Shown in pieces: positions 1 to 6,353 of a stretch of 14,878 nucleotides of DNA (positions are counted from its first letter, which is position 1; every line of letters begins with the position of its first letter). The notes below the pieces were generated by a model, which ran no database searches, was not told where the DNA came from, and saw only the letters and a program-made list of their open reading frames with translations. The position numbers and the translations under genes are program-made. Origin of the DNA: Armatimonadota bacterium (GTDB taxonomy: Bacteria; Sysuimicrobiota; Sysuimicrobiia; Sysuimicrobiales; Humicultoraceae); contig JBQTJP010000033.1 in assembly GCA_052386995.1 (NCBI GenBank), positions 1-14,878 on the forward strand, given 5' to 3'.

Positions 1-22
1 CGCGAACTGATCAACGGTCAGC

Positions 23-592
23 ATGCCGTCCCCCGAACTCGTCCGCGACTTCGTCATTGCCGGGCATGGCGACCTCGAGAAGGTCAAAGCCATGCTGGCC
101 GCGCATCCCGACCTGCTGAACGCCGCATACGAATGGAAGGTCGACGACCACGAGTCGGCGAGTCAGGCCGCGGCGCACGTGGGCAACGCTGCCGTGGCGG
201 AGTACCTGCTGTCCCGCGGCGCTCCGCTGGACATCTGCACCGCGGTGATGTTGGGGCGCCGGAACGATGTCGAGCGCCTGCTCGGCGCAGACCCCGCCGC
301 GATTCACACGACCGGAGCGCACGGCATTCCCCTGCTTGCCCACGCGGCCCTGAGCGGCGACGTGGCCATGCTCGAGACGCTCTTTCGCCGCGGGGCGCGG
401 GCCGGGGTCTCGTACGCTCTCCAGAGCGCGATCGTGATGGGTCATGAGCCGGTCGCCCGGTGGCTGCTGGAGAACGCCCGTCCCGATCTGACGTGGAAGA
501 ATTTTCAGGGAAAGACGGCGCTGGCTGTGGCGCTCGAGCGCGGCTTCGAGCCACTGGCCCGGCTGCTGCGAGAGCACGGCGCTACAGAGTGA
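23..592 (+). CDS. Ankyrin-repeat protein (189 aa)
   Basis: Ankyrin-like units: 'ESASQAAAHVGNAAVAEYLLSRGA', 'GIPLLAHAALSGDVAMLETLFRRGA', 'ALQSAIVMGHEPVARWLLEN', 'GKTALAVALERGFEPLARLLREHGA'. Confidence 0.9.
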   Translation: MPSPELVRDFVIAGHGDLEKVKAMLAAHPDLLNAAYEWKVDDHESASQAAAHVGNAAVAEYLLSRGAPLDICTAVMLGRRNDVERLLGADPAAIHTTGAHGIPLLAHAALSGDVAMLETLFRRGARAGVSYALQSAIVMGHEPVARWLLENARPDLTWKNFQGKTALAVALERGFEPLARLLREHGATE

Positions 593-618
593 ACACGTCT
601 CTCAATTGGTCTGTTCTT

Positions 619-645
619 GCAGGAACTCGGCGCTTGTCAGGGAAT
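619..645 (+). promoter_or_regulatory. Putative sigma-H-like promoter of the HU gene (gcAGGA-N17-GAAT)
   Basis: AGGA 621-624, 17-nt spacer, GAAT 642-645, ending 39 nt before the ATG at 685. Matches the Bacillus sigma-H consensus geometry, and the same motif recurs before other genes in the window. Confidence 0.5.
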
Positions 646-684
646 CCGGAGGCTTCGGAATCCAGACACTTGGGGGGTGCGTGA

Positions 685-972
685 ATGGCGAAGGCAATGA
701 CCAAAGCGAAGACTGCGGAATACCTGGCGAAGAAGCTCGACGTGCCCAAGCGGAGAGCCAGCCAGTTTCTCGAAGAGCTGGCCACCCTGGCCCACCGGGA
801 GGCGAAGAATTCCTTCACCCTTCCAGGGATCGGCAAGCTCGTGCTGGTCAACCGCAAGGCGCGGATGGGGCGGAACCCGCAGACCGGCCAGCCTATTCAT
901 ATTCCTGCCAGGCGCGTCGTGCGATTTCGCGTTGCGAAGGCGGCCAAGGACGCGGTCCTCAGAGGCCGGTAG
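685..972 (+). CDS. hup: HU-family histone-like DNA-binding protein (95 aa)
   Basis: Basic 95-aa protein starting 'MAKAMTK', with 'LPGIGKL', the 'RMGRNPQTG' arm and 'IPARRVVRFRVAKAAKDAV'. G-rich SD-like 'ggggggtg' lies upstream. Confidence 0.95.
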   Translation: MAKAMTKAKTAEYLAKKLDVPKRRASQFLEELATLAHREAKNSFTLPGIGKLVLVNRKARMGRNPQTGQPIHIPARRVVRFRVAKAAKDAVLRGR

Positions 973-985
973 CCCTCGATCCCAC

Positions 986-1020
986 GCGCGCGGCGGGCCG
1001 CGCGCCTCGCGCGTCCCGCC
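986..1020 (+). other. GC-rich stem-loop region downstream of HU (two alternative hairpins; possible terminator or stability element)
   Basis: GCGCGCGG(986-993)-CGGG-CCGCGCGC(998-1005) is a perfect 8-bp stem. Alternatively GGCGGG-C-CGCGCG-CCT-CGCGCG-T-CCCGCC (992-1020) gives 12 bp with one mismatch. No U-tract follows. Confidence 0.45.
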
Positions 1021-1038
1021 GGCCAGCGCGCCCAGCCG

Positions 1039-1155
1039 GTGCCGCCTGAGCCACCGGCGATCTGCCCCTTTTGCGGCGACGCCGCCGAGCCGGTAGGCTC
1101 CTGCAAGATCCTCTGCCGGCGATGCCGGCGCATGATCGGCACCTGCGGAGACTGA
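1039..1155 (+). CDS. CPxCG-type zinc-ribbon microprotein (38 aa), below the ORF-track cutoff
   Basis: GTG 1039 to TGA 1155 translates as MPPEPPAICPFCGDAAEPVGSCKILCRRCRRMIGTCGD, with 6 Cys (CPFCG...CKILCRRC...TCGD). It fills the gap and stops 1 nt from the convergent gene's stop. No clear SD, so the start is uncertain. Confidence 0.7.
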   Translation: MPPEPPAICPFCGDAAEPVGSCKILCRRCRRMIGTCGD

Positions 1156-1156
1156 T

Positions 1157-2566
1157 CTACGGTCTCCATCTCAGATAGACGCCCTGGCCGATCAGCGACC
1201 ATTGGACCTGCCGCATGAGCCCCGGGTCGGCCGCGACCTCGTGTGGCGAGCACCCCTCCTGCGCGCACAGCGCCGCCGCGACGCCGGCCGCCTGGCCGAG
1301 GGTCATGACGGTCGGCACCACGCGGGCCGACCCGTGCGCCTCGCTCGTCGCCGAGAACGCGCGCGAGGCGATCAGCAAGTTTTCCGATCCACGCGGCACG
1401 ATGGCGCGGAACGGCAGCGTGTAGGGGATCGAGGCCGGTGGATATGGATTTCTCCAGCGGACGTGGTAGGGGTGGATATCAATAGGGTACGACGCGACGC
1501 CGATGCGGTCAGGGAAGACTTCCTCCGCGAGGATATCTTCAACCCGCAGCGTGTACAATCCGGCGATGTGCCGGGTCTCCCGAATGTAGAGCGCCGGCGC
1601 GTGGTCGAGCAGGCGGGCGCGCTCAAATCCGGGAACCGCCTCGCGAAGGTACGCGACCAGCTGGGGCAGCTCACCCCTAGCCGTGGCCAGACCCTCCCAG
1701 ACAGAGGCGGGATCGAGACCGTTGACGCCCGTGACGTTGAGCGCGTTGATCAGGATCGATCCATCGTGCTGCAGGGCCAGGTTCAGCGGGTACGCGACGA
1801 CGCGCGGATCAGACGGCCGGTAGCGCGCCATGACCTCAGCGTAGCCCCACGCGGCGCGGCCATTCACGCCCCACAGCGCCGGCTGCTCACCGCCGTCGAG
1901 CCGCGCTCGGATGTCTGAGGCCAGACTTTGCCAGTTGGCCCCGCCGACGCGGAAGATCAGCGTCGCGGCCTGCATCCACCGGTCGCGGCCGAGATACGCG
2001 GGCCGGCCAACGTCAAAAGTGACGCCAGCCGCCGCGGCGACGTCGCCATCGTCGGTCGCGTCGATCACCTGCTTCGCACGCACGACGATCGTGCGGCGCC
2101 ACAGCCGGTCGCGAAACTCCGCGGCGACGATGCGCCTGCCCTCCATGCTCAGGCGCATGAGGGCCGCGTGCGTCACCACCCTGACCCCCGGCTCGCTGAC
2201 GGCGGCGCGTCCGAACGCCCGTGCCGCCTCGTCGGGATCGAACGAGATACCCAGGTGCCGGTAGATCTCGAGAAACACGCCCCGCGTCAGGTGCTCGCCG
2301 TCGTCGCCGAGGTTCATGTCGAAGGTCGTGAGCCATGCCGTCGTGATGACACCGCCCAGTGACGATCCGGGCTCCATGAGCATCACTCTGGCACCCGCGC
2401 GGGCGGCGCCGATGACCGCGGCGATGCCGCCCGGCGTGCCGCCGATGACCAGCACATCGGCATCCACCGAAGGGGGAAAGGCCGTAGCGGCCGGTGCCGC
2501 CCCACTGATGACGGCCACCAAAGCCACGACCAGGACGGGAGTCAAGAACCCGAGAACTGCGCGCAT
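1157..2566 (-). CDS. FAD-dependent oxidoreductase (FAD_oxidored/PF12831-like) with N-terminal signal peptide (469 aa)
   Basis: 'DVLVIGGTPGGIAAVIGAARAG' Rossmann motif, 'LGGVIT', 'IDATDDGD', 'LYIRETRHI', 'YPIDIH', 'SARVVPTVMTLGQAAG'. Start placed at ATG 2566 (MRAVLGFLTPVLVVALVAVISGAAPA), not at the track's 3265. Confidence 0.88.
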   Translation of the reverse strand: MRAVLGFLTPVLVVALVAVISGAAPAATAFPPSVDADVLVIGGTPGGIAAVIGAARAGARVMLMEPGSSLGGVITTAWLTTFDMNLGDDGEHLTRGVFLEIYRHLGISFDPDEAARAFGRAAVSEPGVRVVTHAALMRLSMEGRRIVAAEFRDRLWRRTIVVRAKQVIDATDDGDVAAAAGVTFDVGRPAYLGRDRWMQAATLIFRVGGANWQSLASDIRARLDGGEQPALWGVNGRAAWGYAEVMARYRPSDPRVVAYPLNLALQHDGSILINALNVTGVNGLDPASVWEGLATARGELPQLVAYLREAVPGFERARLLDHAPALYIRETRHIAGLYTLRVEDILAEEVFPDRIGVASYPIDIHPYHVRWRNPYPPASIPYTLPFRAIVPRGSENLLIASRAFSATSEAHGSARVVPTVMTLGQAAGVAAALCAQEGCSPHEVAADPGLMRQVQWSLIGQGVYLRWRP

Positions 2567-2586
2567 GGGCAACTGAGCATAGCGAA

Positions 2587-2654
2587 ATTCGACGTCACCA
2601 GATGGGGCTTCCTCCGTCCACGCCCGGCAGGGGCCGCCTCCTGCAACGTGGAAC
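2587..2654. promoter_or_regulatory. Back-to-back putative sigma-H-like promoters in a divergent intergenic region
   Basis: Minus strand: AGGA(2613-2610)-N19-GAAT(2590-2587), pointing toward the oxidoreductase. Plus strand: gcAGGG(2629-2632)-N18-GAAC(2651-2654), pointing toward the membrane protein. Confidence 0.4.
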
Positions 2655-2692
2655 GAGATTCGGGGACGCCGCGGCACGCGCCGGGAGCCGGA

Positions 2693-3094
2693 ATGCTGGA
2701 GACGCTTCACGCCACCCCGATCGTGATCTACGGGCCACTGGTTGGGAATCTGCTGCTCGCGATCGTTGCCGCGGTCTGCGCGGTGACCCGGCGGCCGCTG
2801 CCCGCGTGGTTCTGGATGGCCCTCACGGTGGTGCTGGCGGTGCTCGCGGTGCAGATTGCGGCCGGAGTTGCGACGTACATCGGTGGAGCGCGGCCCCGCC
2901 GCGGGCTGCACGTGGTCTACGGCATCTGCGTGGTCATTGCCGGCGCTGTGCAATACGGCCTGCGGCCGGGCGGCTTTCTCCGGCGTCAGTACGCGGCCGA
3001 CCTTGCGAAGAGCGACGCGCGCATCCTCGGCCTCGTGTGCCTGACGCAGTTCGCGTTGATCGCGCGGGCCTGGATGACAGGGGCGGGGAGATAG
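2693..3094 (+). CDS. Small integral membrane protein, about 4 TM helices (133 aa), function unknown
   Basis: ATG 2693 preceded by GGGAG. Four hydrophobic segments separated by short Arg/Pro loops, an 'LHVVYG' motif, and GC3-rich codons. Confidence 0.8.
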   Translation: MLETLHATPIVIYGPLVGNLLLAIVAAVCAVTRRPLPAWFWMALTVVLAVLAVQIAAGVATYIGGARPRRGLHVVYGICVVIAGAVQYGLRPGGFLRRQYAADLAKSDARILGLVCLTQFALIARAWMTGAGR

Positions 3095-3131
3095 ACAGGC
3101 GATGCGCGCACGCGAGAAGACCGGCTGACAC

Positions 3132-3503
3132 ATGGACAGTCCCGCGACGCGGCGCTTTACCTCACGTCCCGGCGGGCGGTGGCCCGGCCGGCGCCTCTTG
3201 ACGGCACGGCTCCGTGAAGTGCTGCGCCGGGAGTTCGACGCCGCGGACGCCTGGGTCGTACACACGCGCGGGCGATGCCGGCTCGAGGCCCGGGTCGGCT
3301 GGCACGTCGTGGTGCTGCTCGACGGCGACGAGGAGACGTTCTGGGCCCCGTTTTACACGGCCGCGGTGCGCAACCGGCACGTGAACGGACAGATGATCGC
3401 CGAGCTCGCGCCCACCCAGCGCCGCCGGTCGGAGCTGGTCGAAATTCTCCGGCCGTTGGTGAAGACCGCGTCTGGGGCAGGCGGCGACTCAACGGCGCGA
3501 TGA
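3132..3503 (+). CDS. Hypothetical soluble protein (123 aa)
   Basis: Fills the gap between two genes, and its TGA overlaps the next ATG (ATGA at 3500-3503). Composition is protein-like ('LREVLRREFDAADAWVV', 'EETFWAPFY'). No family recognised. Confidence 0.65.
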   Translation: MDSPATRRFTSRPGGRWPGRRLLTARLREVLRREFDAADAWVVHTRGRCRLEARVGWHVVVLLDGDEETFWAPFYTAAVRNRHVNGQMIAELAPTQRRRSELVEILRPLVKTASGAGGDSTAR

Positions 3504-4216
3504 CGCAGGACTACATGGCGCTTGCGATTGCGGCGGCCTTCGCCCTGGCGGGGTTGCTCCCGCTGGCGGCGGGAGATCTTCTCCGGCCGATCACATGGTT
3601 GTGTCTGCTCGCGGGCGTGGCCGCCGGGTTCTTCGCTCGCGAGGCCACTGCCCTCGCATGGGAGGTACTGGGGCCGCTGGGCGGTCTGTCCAACACGCCC
3701 GGAGGGGCCGTGATCCATCAGGTGCTCGCCACAGGTATCGGCGAGCTGCTGAAAGCTATCGTCCCGATCGCTGTCATCCTCTGGGCGGCTACACGGTCGG
3801 CCACAGGGCTTTCCTACGGCGCCGCGGCCGGCGCCGGATTCGCCCTGATCAATTCGCAGCGCGTTCTGGTCAAGGTGCTGGAACTCGTCGGCTCCCCCAT
3901 CGTGACGCCGCTTTCGACGGCGCTTGCGGTCGTCGGATGGTTTTTCATGATTCTCGGCCACATCACCACGACGGGCTACCTGAGCTGGACCGCCGTGGGT
4001 GGCGGTTTCGGACGCGCGTTTCTCATGGCCTGGGCGATACAGTTTGTCCTCGTGCTCGCGCAGCGGCTGCCGGTGATCGCCGGCATTCCCCTGGCCCTGC
4101 CCGTCTCCATGGTGATCACGCTGGCGCTCCTGTACTACCTGCGGAGCCTGCGTGCCCGCGCGGTGAACGGCCTCATCCACAACAGCGCGCCGGCAGCCAC
4201 CGCGTCTGAACCGTGA
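3500..4216 (+). CDS. PrsW/YhfC-like (glutamic intramembrane protease superfamily) membrane protein with degenerate catalytic motifs (238 aa)
   Basis: ATG 3500 in an ATGA overlap, multiple TM helices. 'GIGELLKA', 'YGAAAGAGFALIN', 'LGHITTTG' and 'LMAWAIQF' occur in the order and spacing of the four PrsW motifs. Confidence 0.65.
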   Translation: MTQDYMALAIAAAFALAGLLPLAAGDLLRPITWLCLLAGVAAGFFAREATALAWEVLGPLGGLSNTPGGAVIHQVLATGIGELLKAIVPIAVILWAATRSATGLSYGAAAGAGFALINSQRVLVKVLELVGSPIVTPLSTALAVVGWFFMILGHITTTGYLSWTAVGGGFGRAFLMAWAIQFVLVLAQRLPVIAGIPLALPVSMVITLALLYYLRSLRARAVNGLIHNSAPAATASEP

Positions 4217-4223
4217 ATGGTCC

Positions 4224-5048
4224 GTGACCCTGACAACCGTGGCGGCCGATCCTCTGGCGGCAGGCTGGACGGCGCTCCGTGCGTTCTTCCGCGAGGGCGC
4301 GGCGGCGCGTGATCGAGCGCTGGAGGCTTTTCGCAGCGCCGAGGGAGCCGTTCGCACCTCGGGGGACTCGAGCGGCCTGAGCCTGTGGCTGCTCGGCGTG
4401 GCCACGGCGCTGCGGTACACCCGCAGACCCGAGCCGATGGAAGCCGGTCTGGAGCGAGCCCGCGAGCTCGTCAACCTGGTGGCCCGCACGATCTCAGAGG
4501 ACGCGGCAATTCCGTACCGCACGCATGTCGAGGCCGCCTACCGTGATCTGGCCGAGGTGGTCCCCGCGCAGGCGGCGCGCATGCTGAACGAGGGGATCGC
4601 CTACTCTGACCGCACGCTGCGTCTGGCCAAGCGATCGAGGCGGGACGAGTGGCTGGCAGCGGCGCAGGCAAGCCGCGCCGACCTGCTGGTCCGCAGCGCG
4701 CGCGACCGGAGAGCGCTTCGCCGCGCGCTGGCCGCTCATGAAGACGCGCGGCGCCGCTGGCCATCCCACAATGCCGAGGGGCGCGCGCAGGCCGGCCTGG
4801 GCTACGGTGAGACGCTGCTGGCGCTGGGCGAGGCCGCAAAAGCCGAGAGTGTCGCGCGCGAGTCACTCGGGATCTTCATGCGTCTGGGAGACCGGTATCA
4901 TGAAGCCGCGGCTCGGTTGCTGCTCGCGCGTGCGCTCTTCGCGCTCGATCAGAGCGAAGCCCTCGACGAGCACGCGGCCGCGCTGGCGCTGTATCGGGCG
5001 CTCGACTGCGTGTGGGAAGCCCGCAAGGCCGAAGGCGTGTTGGGATGA
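4224..5048 (+). CDS. Tetratricopeptide-like all-helical repeat protein (274 aa)
   Basis: GTG start 7 nt after the previous stop. Ala/Leu/Arg-rich TPR-like helices such as 'AESVARESLGIFMRLGDRYHEAAARLLLARAL' and 'ALALYRALDCVWEARKAE'. Its stop overlaps the ccmH ATG. Confidence 0.75.
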   Translation: MTLTTVAADPLAAGWTALRAFFREGAAARDRALEAFRSAEGAVRTSGDSSGLSLWLLGVATALRYTRRPEPMEAGLERARELVNLVARTISEDAAIPYRTHVEAAYRDLAEVVPAQAARMLNEGIAYSDRTLRLAKRSRRDEWLAAAQASRADLLVRSARDRRALRRALAAHEDARRRWPSHNAEGRAQAGLGYGETLLALGEAAKAESVARESLGIFMRLGDRYHEAAARLLLARALFALDQSEALDEHAAALALYRALDCVWEARKAEGVLG

Positions 5049-5539
5049 CCCGGGGCGTCGTCTGCGTTCTGGCTCTCGTGTCACTTTCCTGGTCGGTGTG
5101 GTCAGCCACTCCGCGCGCGTCGGCCGCCCCGACGCTGGACGATCAGGTCTACGCCATCGCGGCTGAACTGATGTGTCCGGTCTGCGGAGGCCAGACCGTC
5201 GCGGAATCTGGATCGCAGCTGGCCGAGCAGATGCGCGGGATCATCCACGAGCGGCTGCGGGCTGGCCAGAGCCGCGAGGAGATCATTGCATACTTCGTCG
5301 GCCAGTTCGGAGAAGGGATTTTGGCGGCGCCGCCGCGCCGTGGGGGCGGGGTTGCTCTCTGGTTGGTTCCACCCATTGCGCTTGGGATCGGGCTGATCGT
5401 GCTGAGCCGGTTCATCCGGCGCACCAAACCGCCGGCGGGATTGTCGCCCGCGGGGCGCGAGGCACGTGCCGGTCCGCCGCCACCGCCGACACCCGCCGAG
5501 GTCGAGCGGATCCGGCGCGATGTGCGGGAGCTCGACTGA
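5045..5539 (+). CDS. ccmH: Cytochrome c-type biogenesis protein CcmH/CcmL family (164 aa)
   Basis: Signal peptide, then 'IAAELMCPVCGGQTVAES..LAEQMR..I..RL..GQSREEIIAYFVGQFGEGILAAPP', then the 'LWLVPP' TM helix. ATG 5045 is in an ATGA overlap. Confidence 0.92.
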   Translation: MTRGVVCVLALVSLSWSVWSATPRASAAPTLDDQVYAIAAELMCPVCGGQTVAESGSQLAEQMRGIIHERLRAGQSREEIIAYFVGQFGEGILAAPPRRGGGVALWLVPPIALGIGLIVLSRFIRRTKPPAGLSPAGREARAGPPPPPTPAEVERIRRDVRELD

Positions 5540-5546
5540 CCGACCC

Positions 5547-6278
5547 ATGCGCGTCGCCGTCCTCTCTGATATCCACGCCAACCTGGAGGCCCTGGAAGTC
5601 GTGCTCTCACACCTGGAGGGCCAGGCGCACGACTGCGTGGTCTGCCTGGGCGATTTCGTCGGGTACGGCCCCGACCCGAACGCGTGCATCGAGCTGGTGC
5701 GCCCGCGCCTGCGGGCCGCGGTCGTGGGCAACCACGATGCCGCCGCGATCGGCGTCCGGTCCAGCGAGGACTTCAATCTGTACGCGGCGGAGGCAATCAT
5801 CTGGACGCAGCGGACGCTCTCGGAAGGGTCGCGCGCGTATCTGGCCGGGCTGCCCCAGCGCGCGGACGTCGAGGGCCTGCTGCTGGTGCACGGCAGTCCG
5901 AGGGGGCCGGTCGACGAGTACATTCTGGATACGCGAACCGCGCGGGCAAGCTTCGCCGCCGATCCGTTCCGCGTGGCCGTAGTCGGCCATAGTCATCAGC
6001 CGGTTGTCTTCATTGAATCGCACCACCGTGCAAGCGCGCAGGGATTGCTCCCCGAAGTGCCGGTGCGGCTGCGGTCCCACAACCGCTACATCATCAACGT
6101 CGGCAGCATTGGTCAACCCCGCGACGGTGATCCCCGCGCGTCGTACGCGATCGTCGACACCGTCGAGGGCACGGCAACGCTGTTTCGAGTGGCGTACCCC
6201 GTTGAGGAAACGCAGCGCAAGATGGAGGCCGCCGGCCTGCCGGCCCCGCTGATCGAGCGTCTGGCGCACGGCCGCTAG
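5547..6278 (+). CDS. Calcineurin-like metallophosphoesterase (243 aa)
   Basis: Complete motif set: 'SDIHAN', 'LGDFVGYG', 'GNHD', 'HGSP', 'GHSH', 'INVGSIGQPRDGDPRA'. Start at ATG 5547. Confidence 0.93.
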   Translation: MRVAVLSDIHANLEALEVVLSHLEGQAHDCVVCLGDFVGYGPDPNACIELVRPRLRAAVVGNHDAAAIGVRSSEDFNLYAAEAIIWTQRTLSEGSRAYLAGLPQRADVEGLLLVHGSPRGPVDEYILDTRTARASFAADPFRVAVVGHSHQPVVFIESHHRASAQGLLPEVPVRLRSHNRYIINVGSIGQPRDGDPRASYAIVDTVEGTATLFRVAYPVEETQRKMEAAGLPAPLIERLAHGR

Positions 6279-6292
6279 CGCTGCCGCGCAGG

Positions 6293-6347
6293 GGAGGAAG
6301 CCCGCGGCGGCGACCCGAACAGTGGGGAAGTCATTTCTCAGTGGAGG
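6293..6347 (+). promoter_or_regulatory. Putative sigma-H-like promoter and RBS of S9 peptidase 1
   Basis: AGGA(6295-6298)-N18-GAAC(6317-6320), with SD GGAGG at 6343-6347 before ATG 6354. Confidence 0.45.
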
Positions 6348-6353
6348 TCTTCA

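Noticed and set aside
970..1020. Pyrrolysine recoding at the HU TAG
   Set aside because: No pyl genes in the window, HU is already full length at the TAG, and several other genes here end normally in TAG.
2567..3265. N-terminal extension making the oxidoreductase 702 aa
   Set aside because: Arg/Pro-rich, low-complexity antisense read of two plus-strand genes. A signal peptide and the Rossmann motif follow ATG 2566.
3275..3499. Upstream starts given by the track for PrsW-like (3275), ccmH (5012), phosphoesterase (5466), EEP (8841) and the PLP enzyme (12252)
   Set aside because: Each overlaps the preceding gene. Downstream starts give coupled junctions and family-typical N-termini.
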